A DNA stretch of 64,000 nt from a virus (Duplodnaviria > Caudoviricetes): the IMG/VR virus record IMGVR_UViG_3300042307_000844; one strand, 5' to 3'. The notes beneath the pieces are model-generated. The model searched no databases and was not told the DNA's origin. It saw only the letters and a list, made by a program, of their open reading frames with translations. The translations under genes were made by a program, and so were the position numbers. This document shows, piece after piece, positions 40,364-49,919 of the stretch; the stretch's first letter is position 1, and every line of letters starts with the position of its first letter.

Positions 40364-41985
40364 ATAACTTAATCTTAAACTTTCCAGAGGGATTCAATCC
40401 CCGTGACAAACAAGCCAAAGCTCTTAATGCCATTGAAAAAGCATTTGAGAATGGTAAGAAATTCGTGATCGTCCATGCCGATACGGGTGTTGGTAAAACA
40501 CATTTGGCAAAGACGCTTGGCAATGTATCCAAAGATGTTCCTGCCGAATTTGAAAGGATCGTCAGAAATTACAGCATCTTTGGGGAGGATGGAGCGGGAT
40601 TGGTTTCAGATTTTGAACCTTTTGGCTGTTATGCCCTGACAATTACCAAATCCCTCCAAGACCAATATCAGATGACCTTCGATGATACGGGACTGTTAAA
40701 AGGCAAGAGCAATTACCAATGCGATGTGGATGACACACTATCGGTCGATGTCGCTCCCTGCATCTACGTGGCAAACCAGAAGACCGAATGCTGGAAAGCA
40801 AATCGCTGCCCTTATTACAATTCCCGTAATGACATGCTGACTTCCAAATTTGCAGCCCTGAATTACAGCATGTTTTTTTCCTTACCAAACCATCTCAAGA
40901 AGAGACAAGTGATGGTGTGTGACGAGGGATCGGAATTGGAAGAGCAATTGGTGAGTCAATTCACATGTGAGGTTGATATCCCATTCCTGATGAAAACCCA
41001 GACTTTGGTGACACCGTTCCCCAACGATGACAAGAATAAGCCCAAGGTTCTCTCATGGATAAATTCCCTGATGGAAAAAGTCGAAACGTCTTGTGAGGAT
41101 TACAAGGAATGGTTCTCTTCCAATACAGCCAAGAAAGACATCATCACGTTCAATAAAAAGAAACAGGAATATACCAAACTTCAGAATCTTTTCAATTCTT
41201 TGGGATTACTCTCTGAATCATTCTATGACAGTGATTATATAATTGAGCGGGTGGAATATGGTATCCGGTTCATTCCCCTGAAAGTGGATGTCCTGTCCAA
41301 GCACCTTTTCTCCCATGCGGAGAAGGTGGTAATCATGTCCGCAACGATCATTGATCCCGATGCATATTGCAAATCTCTGGGAATCAAGGATTATGAATAC
41401 CTTCATATTGGAACTGATTTCAATCCTGAGAAATCTCCAATTCATATTATGGCTAAACAAAAGTTGAATTTTCAAAATTTGAAATCCATGCTTCCAACTC
41501 TGGTGAAACAGATCAAGGGGATTCTTGAACACCATGGGGATGAAAAAGGTATCATACACACTCATACCCAATACTTGACGGATTATATTCGAGATAATGT
41601 AAAATCAGATCGTTTACTTTGTCGGGAACCGGGGGTGAATAATGAGCAGCTTTTGGAAATGCATGAGGAGTCGGAGGAACCCACTGTTCTGGTGTCTCCC
41701 TCCATGACCTATGGTGTTGACCTGAAAGGCGATCTGGCGCGGTTCCAGATCATCCTGAAGGCACCTTGGCTACCAACCAAGGATGTGCGGGTGGAGAAGC
41801 TGATGAAGCTTGATAAGGATTGGTATGGAAATCAGATGTTGAAGACACTGGTGCAAGCTTGTGGTCGCGGCGTTAGATCAAAAGATGATTATTGCGAAAC
41901 ATACATACTTGACGGGAGCATTTTTGATGCTATAAACAGGAACAAGAAGAAGCTGCCGAAGTTCTTTTTAGATAGATTTAATTAA
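40360..41985 (+). CDS. DinG/XPD(Rad3)-family helicase with a probable Fe-S cluster
   Basis: ADTGVGKT, LKGKSNYQC...APC...EC...RCPYY, CDEGSE, IMSATI, LVSPSMTYGVDLKGD, QACGRGVRSKDDYC. Confidence 0.88.
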   Translation: MNNLILNFPEGFNPRDKQAKALNAIEKAFENGKKFVIVHADTGVGKTHLAKTLGNVSKDVPAEFERIVRNYSIFGEDGAGLVSDFEPFGCYALTITKSLQDQYQMTFDDTGLLKGKSNYQCDVDDTLSVDVAPCIYVANQKTECWKANRCPYYNSRNDMLTSKFAALNYSMFFSLPNHLKKRQVMVCDEGSELEEQLVSQFTCEVDIPFLMKTQTLVTPFPNDDKNKPKVLSWINSLMEKVETSCEDYKEWFSSNTAKKDIITFNKKKQEYTKLQNLFNSLGLLSESFYDSDYIIERVEYGIRFIPLKVDVLSKHLFSHAEKVVIMSATIIDPDAYCKSLGIKDYEYLHIGTDFNPEKSPIHIMAKQKLNFQNLKSMLPTLVKQIKGILEHHGDEKGIIHTHTQYLTDYIRDNVKSDRLLCREPGVNNEQLLEMHEESEEPTVLVSPSMTYGVDLKGDLARFQIILKAPWLPTKDVRVEKLMKLDKDWYGNQMLKTLVQACGRGVRSKDDYCETYILDGSIFDAINRNKKKLPKFFLDRFN

Positions 41986-41988
41986 AAA

Positions 41989-43134
41989 ATGAGTAAATTA
42001 AAAACAATAATCGACAAATCGTTGGAGAACGTGTTCTGGGTTTCCCATCAGGGGAAATTCCTTGGCTCTTCCGATTACCCCCAAGAATTTGAGCAGAAAT
42101 ATGGGAATATCTCCTATGTGTCTTTGGCAATAGATGACTATCTTTTTGACAAGCAGCAGCTTGAGAGAATCCATGATTTCCTGAGAAAATGGAAATTCGA
42201 TGTCACACAACAATACAAGATCAACGAATACAACACGGGGTATTATTACTGCGACGATCTGACGCTTATGGTTCGGGCTACATTTGGTATGCCGGAAGAT
42301 AAGGTTGAGAAAGAGGATGATGAGGGGGAGGTTTTCTCGCCAAATAGTGGAGGGATCACTATTAGCTTTTCACCTCTGATTAAGAATAGAAAAAATATTG
42401 AGGAATTTTTGAAAGAATTTGTGGATGGGGAATTTCTGTTTCTCCCCACTTCTGAAAAGAACTTTTATATGATTGCTCAGACTCAGCATGGATTAACTAA
42501 GCAGAAAACGAGTTTTGCTGATATTGAAATTAAGGATGATAGATATGATCTATATTATGGAGAAGCGTTTCCAAAAGATAAAATTATGAGCTTTGTTAAG
42601 GATAAACATCCAGAAAGTTTGCTACTTTTTCATGGGGTGCCGGGGTCTGGAAAATCTAACCTGATTAAAAATCTCATCACCGAATGTGAAGATGATGTGA
42701 TCTATATTCCACCCTCCATGGTATCGGTGATCTCCCAACCATCTTTCATATCATTCATGTTAGATAATCGCGGATGCATATTATTAATCGAAGATGCGGA
42801 AGAAATATTATCAGTTGATAGGAATTCGGGAACACAAAATATTTTGGGTATGACCGATGGTTTCCTCCGCGACTGTATGGGTATGCGTATCATTTGCACA
42901 TTCAATTGCGATTTGAAAAAAGTTGATCCAGCCTTATTGCGTAAGGGTAGGCTCTACCTAGAATACCGTTTCGGAGAGCTTTCCATTAAAGATGGTCAGA
43001 GATTAGCTGATCATTGTAATCTTGATATTACAATTGACAAGGAAATGACACTGGCTGATATTTTCAATTATCATAAAGAAAACACTTCTACGAAGTCGTT
43101 TGAGGATCGTCCAATGGGGTTTGGGAATTTTTAA
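41989..43134 (+). CDS. AAA+ ATPase (BCS1-like) with an N-terminal domain
   Basis: FHGVPGSGKS, LLIEDAE, ICTFN, DPALLRKGRL. Confidence 0.85.
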   Translation: MSKLKTIIDKSLENVFWVSHQGKFLGSSDYPQEFEQKYGNISYVSLAIDDYLFDKQQLERIHDFLRKWKFDVTQQYKINEYNTGYYYCDDLTLMVRATFGMPEDKVEKEDDEGEVFSPNSGGITISFSPLIKNRKNIEEFLKEFVDGEFLFLPTSEKNFYMIAQTQHGLTKQKTSFADIEIKDDRYDLYYGEAFPKDKIMSFVKDKHPESLLLFHGVPGSGKSNLIKNLITECEDDVIYIPPSMVSVISQPSFISFMLDNRGCILLIEDAEEILSVDRNSGTQNILGMTDGFLRDCMGMRIICTFNCDLKKVDPALLRKGRLYLEYRFGELSIKDGQRLADHCNLDITIDKEMTLADIFNYHKENTSTKSFEDRPMGFGNF

Positions 43135-43861
43135 TTTTGTTTCCGCCTATGGCATTTTTATTTCCCATCAAACTTTGAGAAATTCTTTTTCTTCGTTCTT
43201 CTGGAACTGGGTTACCATAGCTTGGATTATTTTCACCGCTCAATTTTAGAGATAATTTTAATCTTTCGTTGGGGTCTTCGTATCGTTTTCTCATTATTTC
43301 AGCAGTTTTTCTTTTTCCTTCTTCGGAATTAGCTCGGATTTTTTGTGATCTTCTCATATTTTCAATAGCTTCTGGAGAAGCTTTAACCCCCAATCTAGAC
43401 TTTCTAATATTTTCCCTATGCTCTTCTGTGAATGGTTTCTTTTTCTTACCCTTCTTAGATAAGCTCATATTTATTCTAGCTTCAGGTGATGCTTTCTTTC
43501 CTAATTTAGCTAGTGACATTTTTTTTCTACTTTCTTCACTATATTTTCTTCCAGTATTATCTAAACCTCTAGTGCAAACATTATACCCAAGTGGAACCAA
43601 ACAATTATATTTTATTATTAATTGTTCTTCTAAGTCATGTAAAAATGTTTTATTGACATCTGGTAGGTAGTATATTTCTACGTGGAAATTATTAATACCA
43701 TGTTTTTTAAAAGCTTTTGAAATAACTTGGTGTTTATGGGATCGGTGTTCACTTATTCGTTTATGGATATTCATCGTTTCCCCAATATAATACTTCCCAT
43801 TCACCTCATTGCGAATGATATACACCCCCGGTTTGTTCTCAAATTTATCAGTTAGTCTCAT
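43088..43861 (-). mobile_element. GIY-YIG endonuclease with NUMOD3 repeats
   Basis: PGVYIIRNEVNGKYYIGET, KHGINNF, LEEQLI, GYN; GRKYSEESRKKMS repeats. Confidence 0.88.
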
Positions 43862-43991
43862 TCAATTTATCCTCTAGTATTCTTTTGATATATTCGGTCA
43901 TAGTCAGACCAGATTTCTTAGCAATTTTACGAATTTGTTCCTTCATCTCGGAAGTCACATACAGTTCTATTTTTTTCTTTATTGTTTCCAT
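43848..43991 (-). CDS. 47-aa ribbon-helix-helix (CopG/Arc-like) protein; below the ORF-track cutoff
   Basis: Manual translation METIKKKIELYVTSEMKEQIRKIAKKSGLTMTEYIKRILEDKLNETN; preceded by TAAGTA. Confidence 0.8.
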   Translation of the reverse strand: METIKKKIELYVTSEMKEQIRKIAKKSGLTMTEYIKRILEDKLNETN

Positions 43992-44090
43992 ACTATATTA
44001 CTTAGTAAATTTTAATGATTTTTCCATGATTTTTTCATAAAAAAGTTGAGAGAAGGTTATTATATTAAGTATTATCAGACCGTGTAAAAA

Positions 44091-45170
44091 ATGAACGATT
44101 ACAATTACTTCTTTGAAAATTCCCAACTCCTCAACATGTTCGTTGCAGCGTTTGACGATGCATTCGTATATCGTTATGATGCTCGCACCCGTGTAGCAAA
44201 GGAGAAGATTGAGGTTCGATACGTCAATGGACCGAAACACCGTGTTCTCCTCGATCTGAGCGATAGAGCCAAGACACTCACCCTACCCGTGGTGACGATT
44301 GAGCAAACCTCATTGGCGCGTGATCCGTCCCGTATCCATAATAAAGGCCAATTTATTTACAGAAAACAGTTGGATTCCACGAATCGGATGGCTAAAATTC
44401 CCCAACCAATTCCCGTAAATCTTACTCTGGATGTGAACATCATCTGCTATTTCAAGGAGGATTTGGATCAGATCATTCAGAATTTCGTGGTGAATTGCAA
44501 TCCATATATCATGGTTTCTTGGAAAATTCCTGAAAAATTCAACATGCCGTTCATTGATGAGATTCGTTCGGAAATTCAGTGGTCGGGAGATATTTCCTAT
44601 GAAAATCCCAAGGACTTGTCTCCCGATGTGAAATGGAGAATTTCTGCTTCCACTTCTTTCACGGTCAAGGGATGGTTGTTCAAGGATTACAATCAGACCC
44701 AAGCACCAATCTATGTAATCAATGCTGACTTTCATGCGCTTCCGTTTAGCAGCCGCTTCTGTGATTACAATCTCTTTGATGCGATCAGTGCTGAAGGAGT
44801 GGTGACGGATAGCGTATCAATCAGTGCATATCCAGAATTCACCAATTATTTCATCAACGGTATTCACCAAGGGGATTCTCTGGTTGTCACGGAATTGAAT
44901 GACAGGAACTTCCAATTCTATGGTAAGCGATTTGGATATAATAACACTTGGTATCTATCAGGTGCTTATAATATTCCCGAATTGGTATATACGGAGATTG
45001 ACACTGCCAAGTTCCCCACCATTTCCGCATACCAGTTACCAGAGAATGTGATTACCACAGTGAATGATAATATTGTCACGGTGTCGCTAAGTTCCAATTA
45101 TTTTAGTAATTTGTCAGGAAATATGGTTTTTGTGACAGCTAATGATGCGGGATGGGTTGCATCCTATTAA
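44091..45170 (+). CDS. gp15: gp15-like tail sheath stabiliser/terminator
   Basis: MFVAAFDDAFV, IEVRYVNGPKHR, TLPVVTIE, QIIQNF..NCNPY, SFTVKGWLF. Confidence 0.8.
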   Translation: MNDYNYFFENSQLLNMFVAAFDDAFVYRYDARTRVAKEKIEVRYVNGPKHRVLLDLSDRAKTLTLPVVTIEQTSLARDPSRIHNKGQFIYRKQLDSTNRMAKIPQPIPVNLTLDVNIICYFKEDLDQIIQNFVVNCNPYIMVSWKIPEKFNMPFIDEIRSEIQWSGDISYENPKDLSPDVKWRISASTSFTVKGWLFKDYNQTQAPIYVINADFHALPFSSRFCDYNLFDAISAEGVVTDSVSISAYPEFTNYFINGIHQGDSLVVTELNDRNFQFYGKRFGYNNTWYLSGAYNIPELVYTEIDTAKFPTISAYQLPENVITTVNDNIVTVSLSSNYFSNLSGNMVFVTANDAGWVASY

Positions 45171-45196
45171 AAAAAACAATTCAACTAAATAATATC

Positions 45197-45505
45197 ATGA
45201 CTACGAAAGATCAATTTGCAATTTCAAATCTTATAACAGAGATGTATTCAGAACAATCAGGTATTGTTAAATTGGAGCAAGATGAATTTGGAAATCTTTC
45301 GACCAGAACACCAGACGGTGAATTGGAAATGTTAATGGGATATTCTAGCGGTGGAGAACCAGTAACTTTCAAATTTCCAATGAGTGAGTATCAACAACAA
45401 TATTTTTCCAATGCTTTGTATGATGCAATTGAGACTGGTATGTTACCATCGTCCACGACAGCAGTTCAATTACCAGATGGTTCCACTTTTGAAATACCTA
45501 AATAG
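45197..45505 (+). CDS. Late hypothetical protein
   Basis: TAAATA-N5-ATG; MTTKDQFAISNLITEMYSEQ. Confidence 0.65.
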   Translation: MTTKDQFAISNLITEMYSEQSGIVKLEQDEFGNLSTRTPDGELEMLMGYSSGGEPVTFKFPMSEYQQQYFSNALYDAIETGMLPSSTTAVQLPDGSTFEIPK

Positions 45506-45545
45506 ATTTCATTGAATAATTGAAGATTCCGCTTAAATAATAAGT

Positions 45546-47369
45546 ATGGCGGGTATCGGCAGTTCAACAACACCATCTTCAAACAAACAATACCAAGGAA
45601 CGGATGGTAAAGGTTCCACATTTGATAGGAACATGCAATCCTATTTGAAGAATCGCGGGAATTTCATTGAGAAGACTCCTGACGAAGCGAAGAATACAAA
45701 ATATAAATATTTCCAAAAGATTGGTTTACGCAGACCGGAAGCGATTGCTAGAAATTCCGTAGCTCTCAATAACGACTGGAACAACACTGCATTTTCCGCA
45801 ATTTACCAAGACAAGTCCTTTACGGATTTGATGTATTCCCAAGCTTCGGAGGAAAAACCGGGGCGTTTGCGGGACTACCGCATGATTGCCGCTTACTCTG
45901 AAGTGGCGGATGCCATGGATGAGATTTGCGATGAGACGATCAATGTGGATGAGAACGGAGAGATTGTAACTCTAGAAATCCGTAATACTGATCTGGAATC
46001 GGAAAAGAAAGAGGAGATTGAGAAGGAATTCTCCCGTTTCGTTGCCATGATGGAACTGGAAGACAATGGTTGGAATTATTTCCGCCAATTTCTTATTGAA
46101 GGCGAACTGTTCTTTGAATTGATTCTAAAAGATGATTATATCAAACAAGGGGTAGTTGCCATCAAAAACCTCCCTGCTGAACAATTTGATCCTGTATATG
46201 ACAACATTCAGACGATGTTGGTGAAAGCGTTCATTTACAAGAAGCCAATCTTCTCTTCGGTGGATAATAAAAAGGTAGAACGCTATGAATACATTCCCTT
46301 TGAACAAAACCAAGTCCTCTATGTGAACAGTGGGCAATATAATGAAACCAAGGATTTTATCATTCCTTTCATTGAGAATTGCCGTAGAGCTTACAGACAG
46401 CTTTCCATGATTGAGGATTCCGTGGTGATCCACAGAATGGTTCATGCGCCCCTCCGCTTCCTCTTCAACGTGGATGTGGGAAGATTGCCCGTCCCCGCAG
46501 CAGAAGCCTACCTACGCAAGCTACAGAGCCAATACTGGTCAACCAAGACGTTTGACATGGATCAGGGAGATATTGTCAAGAAATACGCACCTCAATCCAC
46601 GCTTGATTCATTCTGGTTTGCCAAGAGACAAGGACAAGAGGCAACTACAGTTGAAACATTTGGGGGTCAAATGTCGGATGGTAATATGGAACCTCTTGAT
46701 TGGTTCATCAAGAAATTATATCGTTCTCTCAAGACTCCAACTTCTCGTTTGAATAATGAAACGGGTTATAATGATGGAACGGAGATGCTTCGGGAAGAAC
46801 TGAAGTTTGCCAAGATGATCATTCGTCAACAACAACGCTTTGCCCAAGGTATCAAGAGAGCGTTTATCACACACCTCAAGTTCAAGGACATGTTCGATGA
46901 TTGGGATTTGTTCGATGACAATATCCGCGTGGAATTCAATGTTCCCACCAATTTCTATGATATGCGGGAGAGCCAGAAGCTCAATCTTAAGATTGAGACT
47001 TTCAATAACATTACGGGTAATGAAATGGTATCCACGATTTATGCCATGAAGAAATATCTGGATTGGAGAGATTCCGATATCCTTGCCAACCTACATTTCA
47101 AGAAGGTGGAAGCGGAACACATGTTTGAAATCGAACAAATAAAAACACTCGGACCCAACTACAAAGAGTTATTAGCTCAACAAGCTGGAGGCGAAGCTGG
47201 TGGTGATATGGGAGCCATGGGAGGATCAAGTGGAGGTGGTGGGATGCCTCCAGATTTTGGAGGCTCTGGCGCAGCTATAACTGATTCAGAAGCTCCAAAT
47301 GTCGAAGCTCCACTCGATCAAGCAGAAACGCCGGAAGCTCCGTCCAATGAACCAGAGATGGGTGTCTAA
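45546..47369 (+). CDS. gp20: gp20 portal protein
   Basis: EVADAMDEICDE, QLSMIEDSVVIHRMVHAP, FNVDVGRLP, KLYRSLKTPTSRL, REELKFAKMIIRQQQRF. Confidence 0.96.
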   Translation: MAGIGSSTTPSSNKQYQGTDGKGSTFDRNMQSYLKNRGNFIEKTPDEAKNTKYKYFQKIGLRRPEAIARNSVALNNDWNNTAFSAIYQDKSFTDLMYSQASEEKPGRLRDYRMIAAYSEVADAMDEICDETINVDENGEIVTLEIRNTDLESEKKEEIEKEFSRFVAMMELEDNGWNYFRQFLIEGELFFELILKDDYIKQGVVAIKNLPAEQFDPVYDNIQTMLVKAFIYKKPIFSSVDNKKVERYEYIPFEQNQVLYVNSGQYNETKDFIIPFIENCRRAYRQLSMIEDSVVIHRMVHAPLRFLFNVDVGRLPVPAAEAYLRKLQSQYWSTKTFDMDQGDIVKKYAPQSTLDSFWFAKRQGQEATTVETFGGQMSDGNMEPLDWFIKKLYRSLKTPTSRLNNETGYNDGTEMLREELKFAKMIIRQQQRFAQGIKRAFITHLKFKDMFDDWDLFDDNIRVEFNVPTNFYDMRESQKLNLKIETFNNITGNEMVSTIYAMKKYLDWRDSDILANLHFKKVEAEHMFEIEQIKTLGPNYKELLAQQAGGEAGGDMGAMGGSSGGGGMPPDFGGSGAAITDSEAPNVEAPLDQAETPEAPSNEPEMGV

Positions 47370-48408
47370 ATTTTAAATTAGCTCTCTTACTGTCGTTAAG
47401 AGACTCTGGTATTGTTTGGAGATTTCCATGGTGATGATAACCTCCTTTGGTTAGAGGTAAGATATGATCAACATTATATTTGATACCTAGACAATCTTCC
47501 AGCCTGATTCGCATATCAACATATGTTTTTTCAATGTTTTGATCGTGATTAGGATGTGTTGCGTTCTTTTTTAACGCTCGTCTTTTACTATTTCTCAATA
47601 ATACCTTATCCCAATTATTTTTATCCCAATTATTCTTTTTAATATTTAATTGTTCTTTATTATTTTTATAATATTCAGAAAATTTTTTGTTGTGGCAAGC
47701 TTCACAATAAGACGATCTATTTTTAAATTTTTTATGTAATATACAAAAGCTATCAATTGGGGAAATTTGATCGCATGAGTAACATTTTTTATTACCACTC
47801 ATTTCTAATTTTACATTTTCTATTTGTAATGCCTTGTCCCATAAAAATTCTGGAGTGTCCCCCCAATATTTTAATATGGGATTATCGTGCTTAATTAATT
47901 TATTGGCTATTCCCTCGAATGATTTTGGTATAACTTGAATATTTTGGTGATGATGATAACCTCCTTTATTCATTGGGATTATTTTATGTAATATAAATTT
48001 AACACCTAAACATTTTTGCAATCTAATTTTCATTTCTATTAAAACAGCTTCTATCTTCGGATCATGTTGTTCGTGATAAGCATCGTTTTTAATTGCATTC
48101 GTCTTATAAGAACCCAATTGTCTAATCACCGGATTCTTCAATTTATAATTTTTAGAACGGAGTAATTCCTTTTCCAAATTCTTTTCTCTATATATTTTAC
48201 CTCTCTCTATACAAAGCTCACGGTTTTCTTCTCTGTATTTTACCATATAAGCATCATGACGATCTTTATTTTTCAATCTCCATTCACGTTTTCGTTCTTT
48301 CCCACATTCAATACATTCATATTGCAAACCATCAGGACTTTTGGAAGATTTTGTAAATAAATTTAATGATAACTCACTTTTACATCTAGTGCATTCCTTC
48401 GTATTCAT
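47275..48408 (-). mobile_element. HNH endonuclease built from two tandem (Zn-ribbon + HNH) units
   Basis: KECTRCK...C..C; LHKIIPMNKGGYHHHQNIQ (first, degenerate) and VDHILPLTKGGYHHHGNLQTI...N (second). Confidence 0.85.
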
Positions 48409-48481
48409 ATTAATATTTAACTAAACGGATCAAACTGGAAAGAAAAAATTGTGATAAATCACCATCAAATTAAATATTATC

Positions 48482-48901
48482 ATGACTTCCCACGACTTCA
48501 AAAATCTAGCACTATTATATGAAAGTATGGAAAACCATACCATGTCTCTGAACGATATTTATGGTGATATTGAATATGATGTTCCTGAAAACGAGGCACT
48601 TTATAGTGCTGTTGACCCCGAAATAGGGGATATCCAAATTCCGATCAAAACACTATCACCAGATCAATTGTTGAAATTGACGACATATAAAGATGATACC
48701 ACGGTATTTCAAGCATATAAAGATTTTGCTGATAGGGATCAGAAGCAAATCGTAAATCATTACAAGAAAAATTTAAATGAATTACACGATAACCCAATCG
48801 TCATTAATAATAACACGGCTTTGGATGGGTATCATCGAATTATTGCAGCTATTTTGATGAAACAATCTTTGAAAGTATTGGATGTGTCGGATATACAGTA
48901 G
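48482..48901 (+). CDS. ParB/Sulfiredoxin-like domain protein
   Basis: NPIVI...LDGYHRIIAA; late promoter. Confidence 0.7.
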   Translation: MTSHDFKNLALLYESMENHTMSLNDIYGDIEYDVPENEALYSAVDPEIGDIQIPIKTLSPDQLLKLTTYKDDTTVFQAYKDFADRDQKQIVNHYKKNLNELHDNPIVINNNTALDGYHRIIAAILMKQSLKVLDVSDIQ

Positions 48902-48902
48902 T

Positions 48903-49577
48903 TTAATTTAAAGGAATGCCATAAGTCTTGGCATATTCTTTCGATTTCTGGTCAAAAGGATAAATTGTCCCATGCCACAGGAAATCGTTTCCCGAATCGA
49001 TTGCCCCCAAAGGACGGACTTTCACAATCCACTCGCCCATATATTCGCCTTTGGAGTTTTTAAATTTTAATTTACCAGAAAACTGTGAAAATACATCGGT
49101 TGAATCCTCCCATCTACGCATGTAATCATCAAGTTGATGTTCGTCTTCCACGAAATTTTTCCAATTTAATCTAAGCAATTCTTCTGATGATGTTGCACAC
49201 AGATTACAATATGCTTCATTCACCATAATATTAAGACCTTTGGAGGTAACTCTAAACGATGGTTTGGGATTGAGCCAAAACATAGCCTCTATTTCAGCTT
49301 TGATTATTTTCACAGAATCCCGCATGGAACCCCCACCATTCGGGGATATTTCATATTCAACATTTTTTAAACGATCATCAATATTTGACACAGTTCCTTG
49401 AATATTTTTTAAAGATTCTGGTATGGAATTCCGAGATTTAATATATTCCTGACGTTCCTTATATTTTTCGACAATAAAAGTCCTGAGTTGTTTCCAAGTC
49501 AATATAATGGCACCAATCGCCCCTAGAATAATTTTTATAAAATTGGCGTGTTGTTGAACAAAATCGTAAAAATCCAT
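48903..49577 (-). CDS. Membrane-anchored coiled-coil plus PAS-domain protein (candidate holin/lysis regulator)
   Basis: TM segment IKIILGAIGAIILTW; PNGGGSMRD; PSFRVTSKGLNIMVNEAYCNL...EELLRLNWKNFV...GEWIVKVRP PAS pattern. Confidence 0.7.
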   Translation of the reverse strand: MDFYDFVQQHANFIKIILGAIGAIILTWKQLRTFIVEKYKERQEYIKSRNSIPESLKNIQGTVSNIDDRLKNVEYEISPNGGGSMRDSVKIIKAEIEAMFWLNPKPSFRVTSKGLNIMVNEAYCNLCATSSEELLRLNWKNFVEDEHQLDDYMRRWEDSTDVFSQFSGKLKFKNSKGEYMGEWIVKVRPLGAIDSGNDFLWHGTIYPFDQKSKEYAKTYGIPLN

Positions 49578-49594
49578 AATATTATTTATGAAAG

Positions 49595-49891
49595 TTAATC
49601 ACAAAAGCTCACACAGTTGAACGCGGAATTATAATAATATTTTGTTCCATTGTTTTCTTCAGCATTCCAACCCGAATCAGTGGGTCTATCACAGTCATAG
49701 AAGTAGAATTGACTCCCATTATTGGACGATGGGTGGATGTAAGTGGTGTCCTGCCCCCAGAGGATGAAATCGTTGGCAGATAGGTAATAATACGCGGAAC
49801 CGTTGTTGGTATTAGCATTCCAACCTGAAACGGTGGGGATGCCGCAGGATAATTCGTAATAAATGGAACCGTTGTTTGATTCAAAGGACAT
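49595..49891 (-). CDS. 98-aa late protein made of two internal repeats (SNNGS..Y..C..PT.SGWNA..NNG..YYY.SA)
   Basis: TAAGTA-N5-ATG at 49902-49891; the duplication is visible in the protein sequence. Confidence 0.7.
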   Translation of the reverse strand: MSFESNNGSIYYELSCGIPTVSGWNANTNNGSAYYYLSANDFILWGQDTTYIHPSSNNGSQFYFYDCDRPTDSGWNAEENNGTKYYYNSAFNCVSFCD

Positions 49892-49919
49892 AATAATACT
49901 TAACAGATTAAATAAGATT

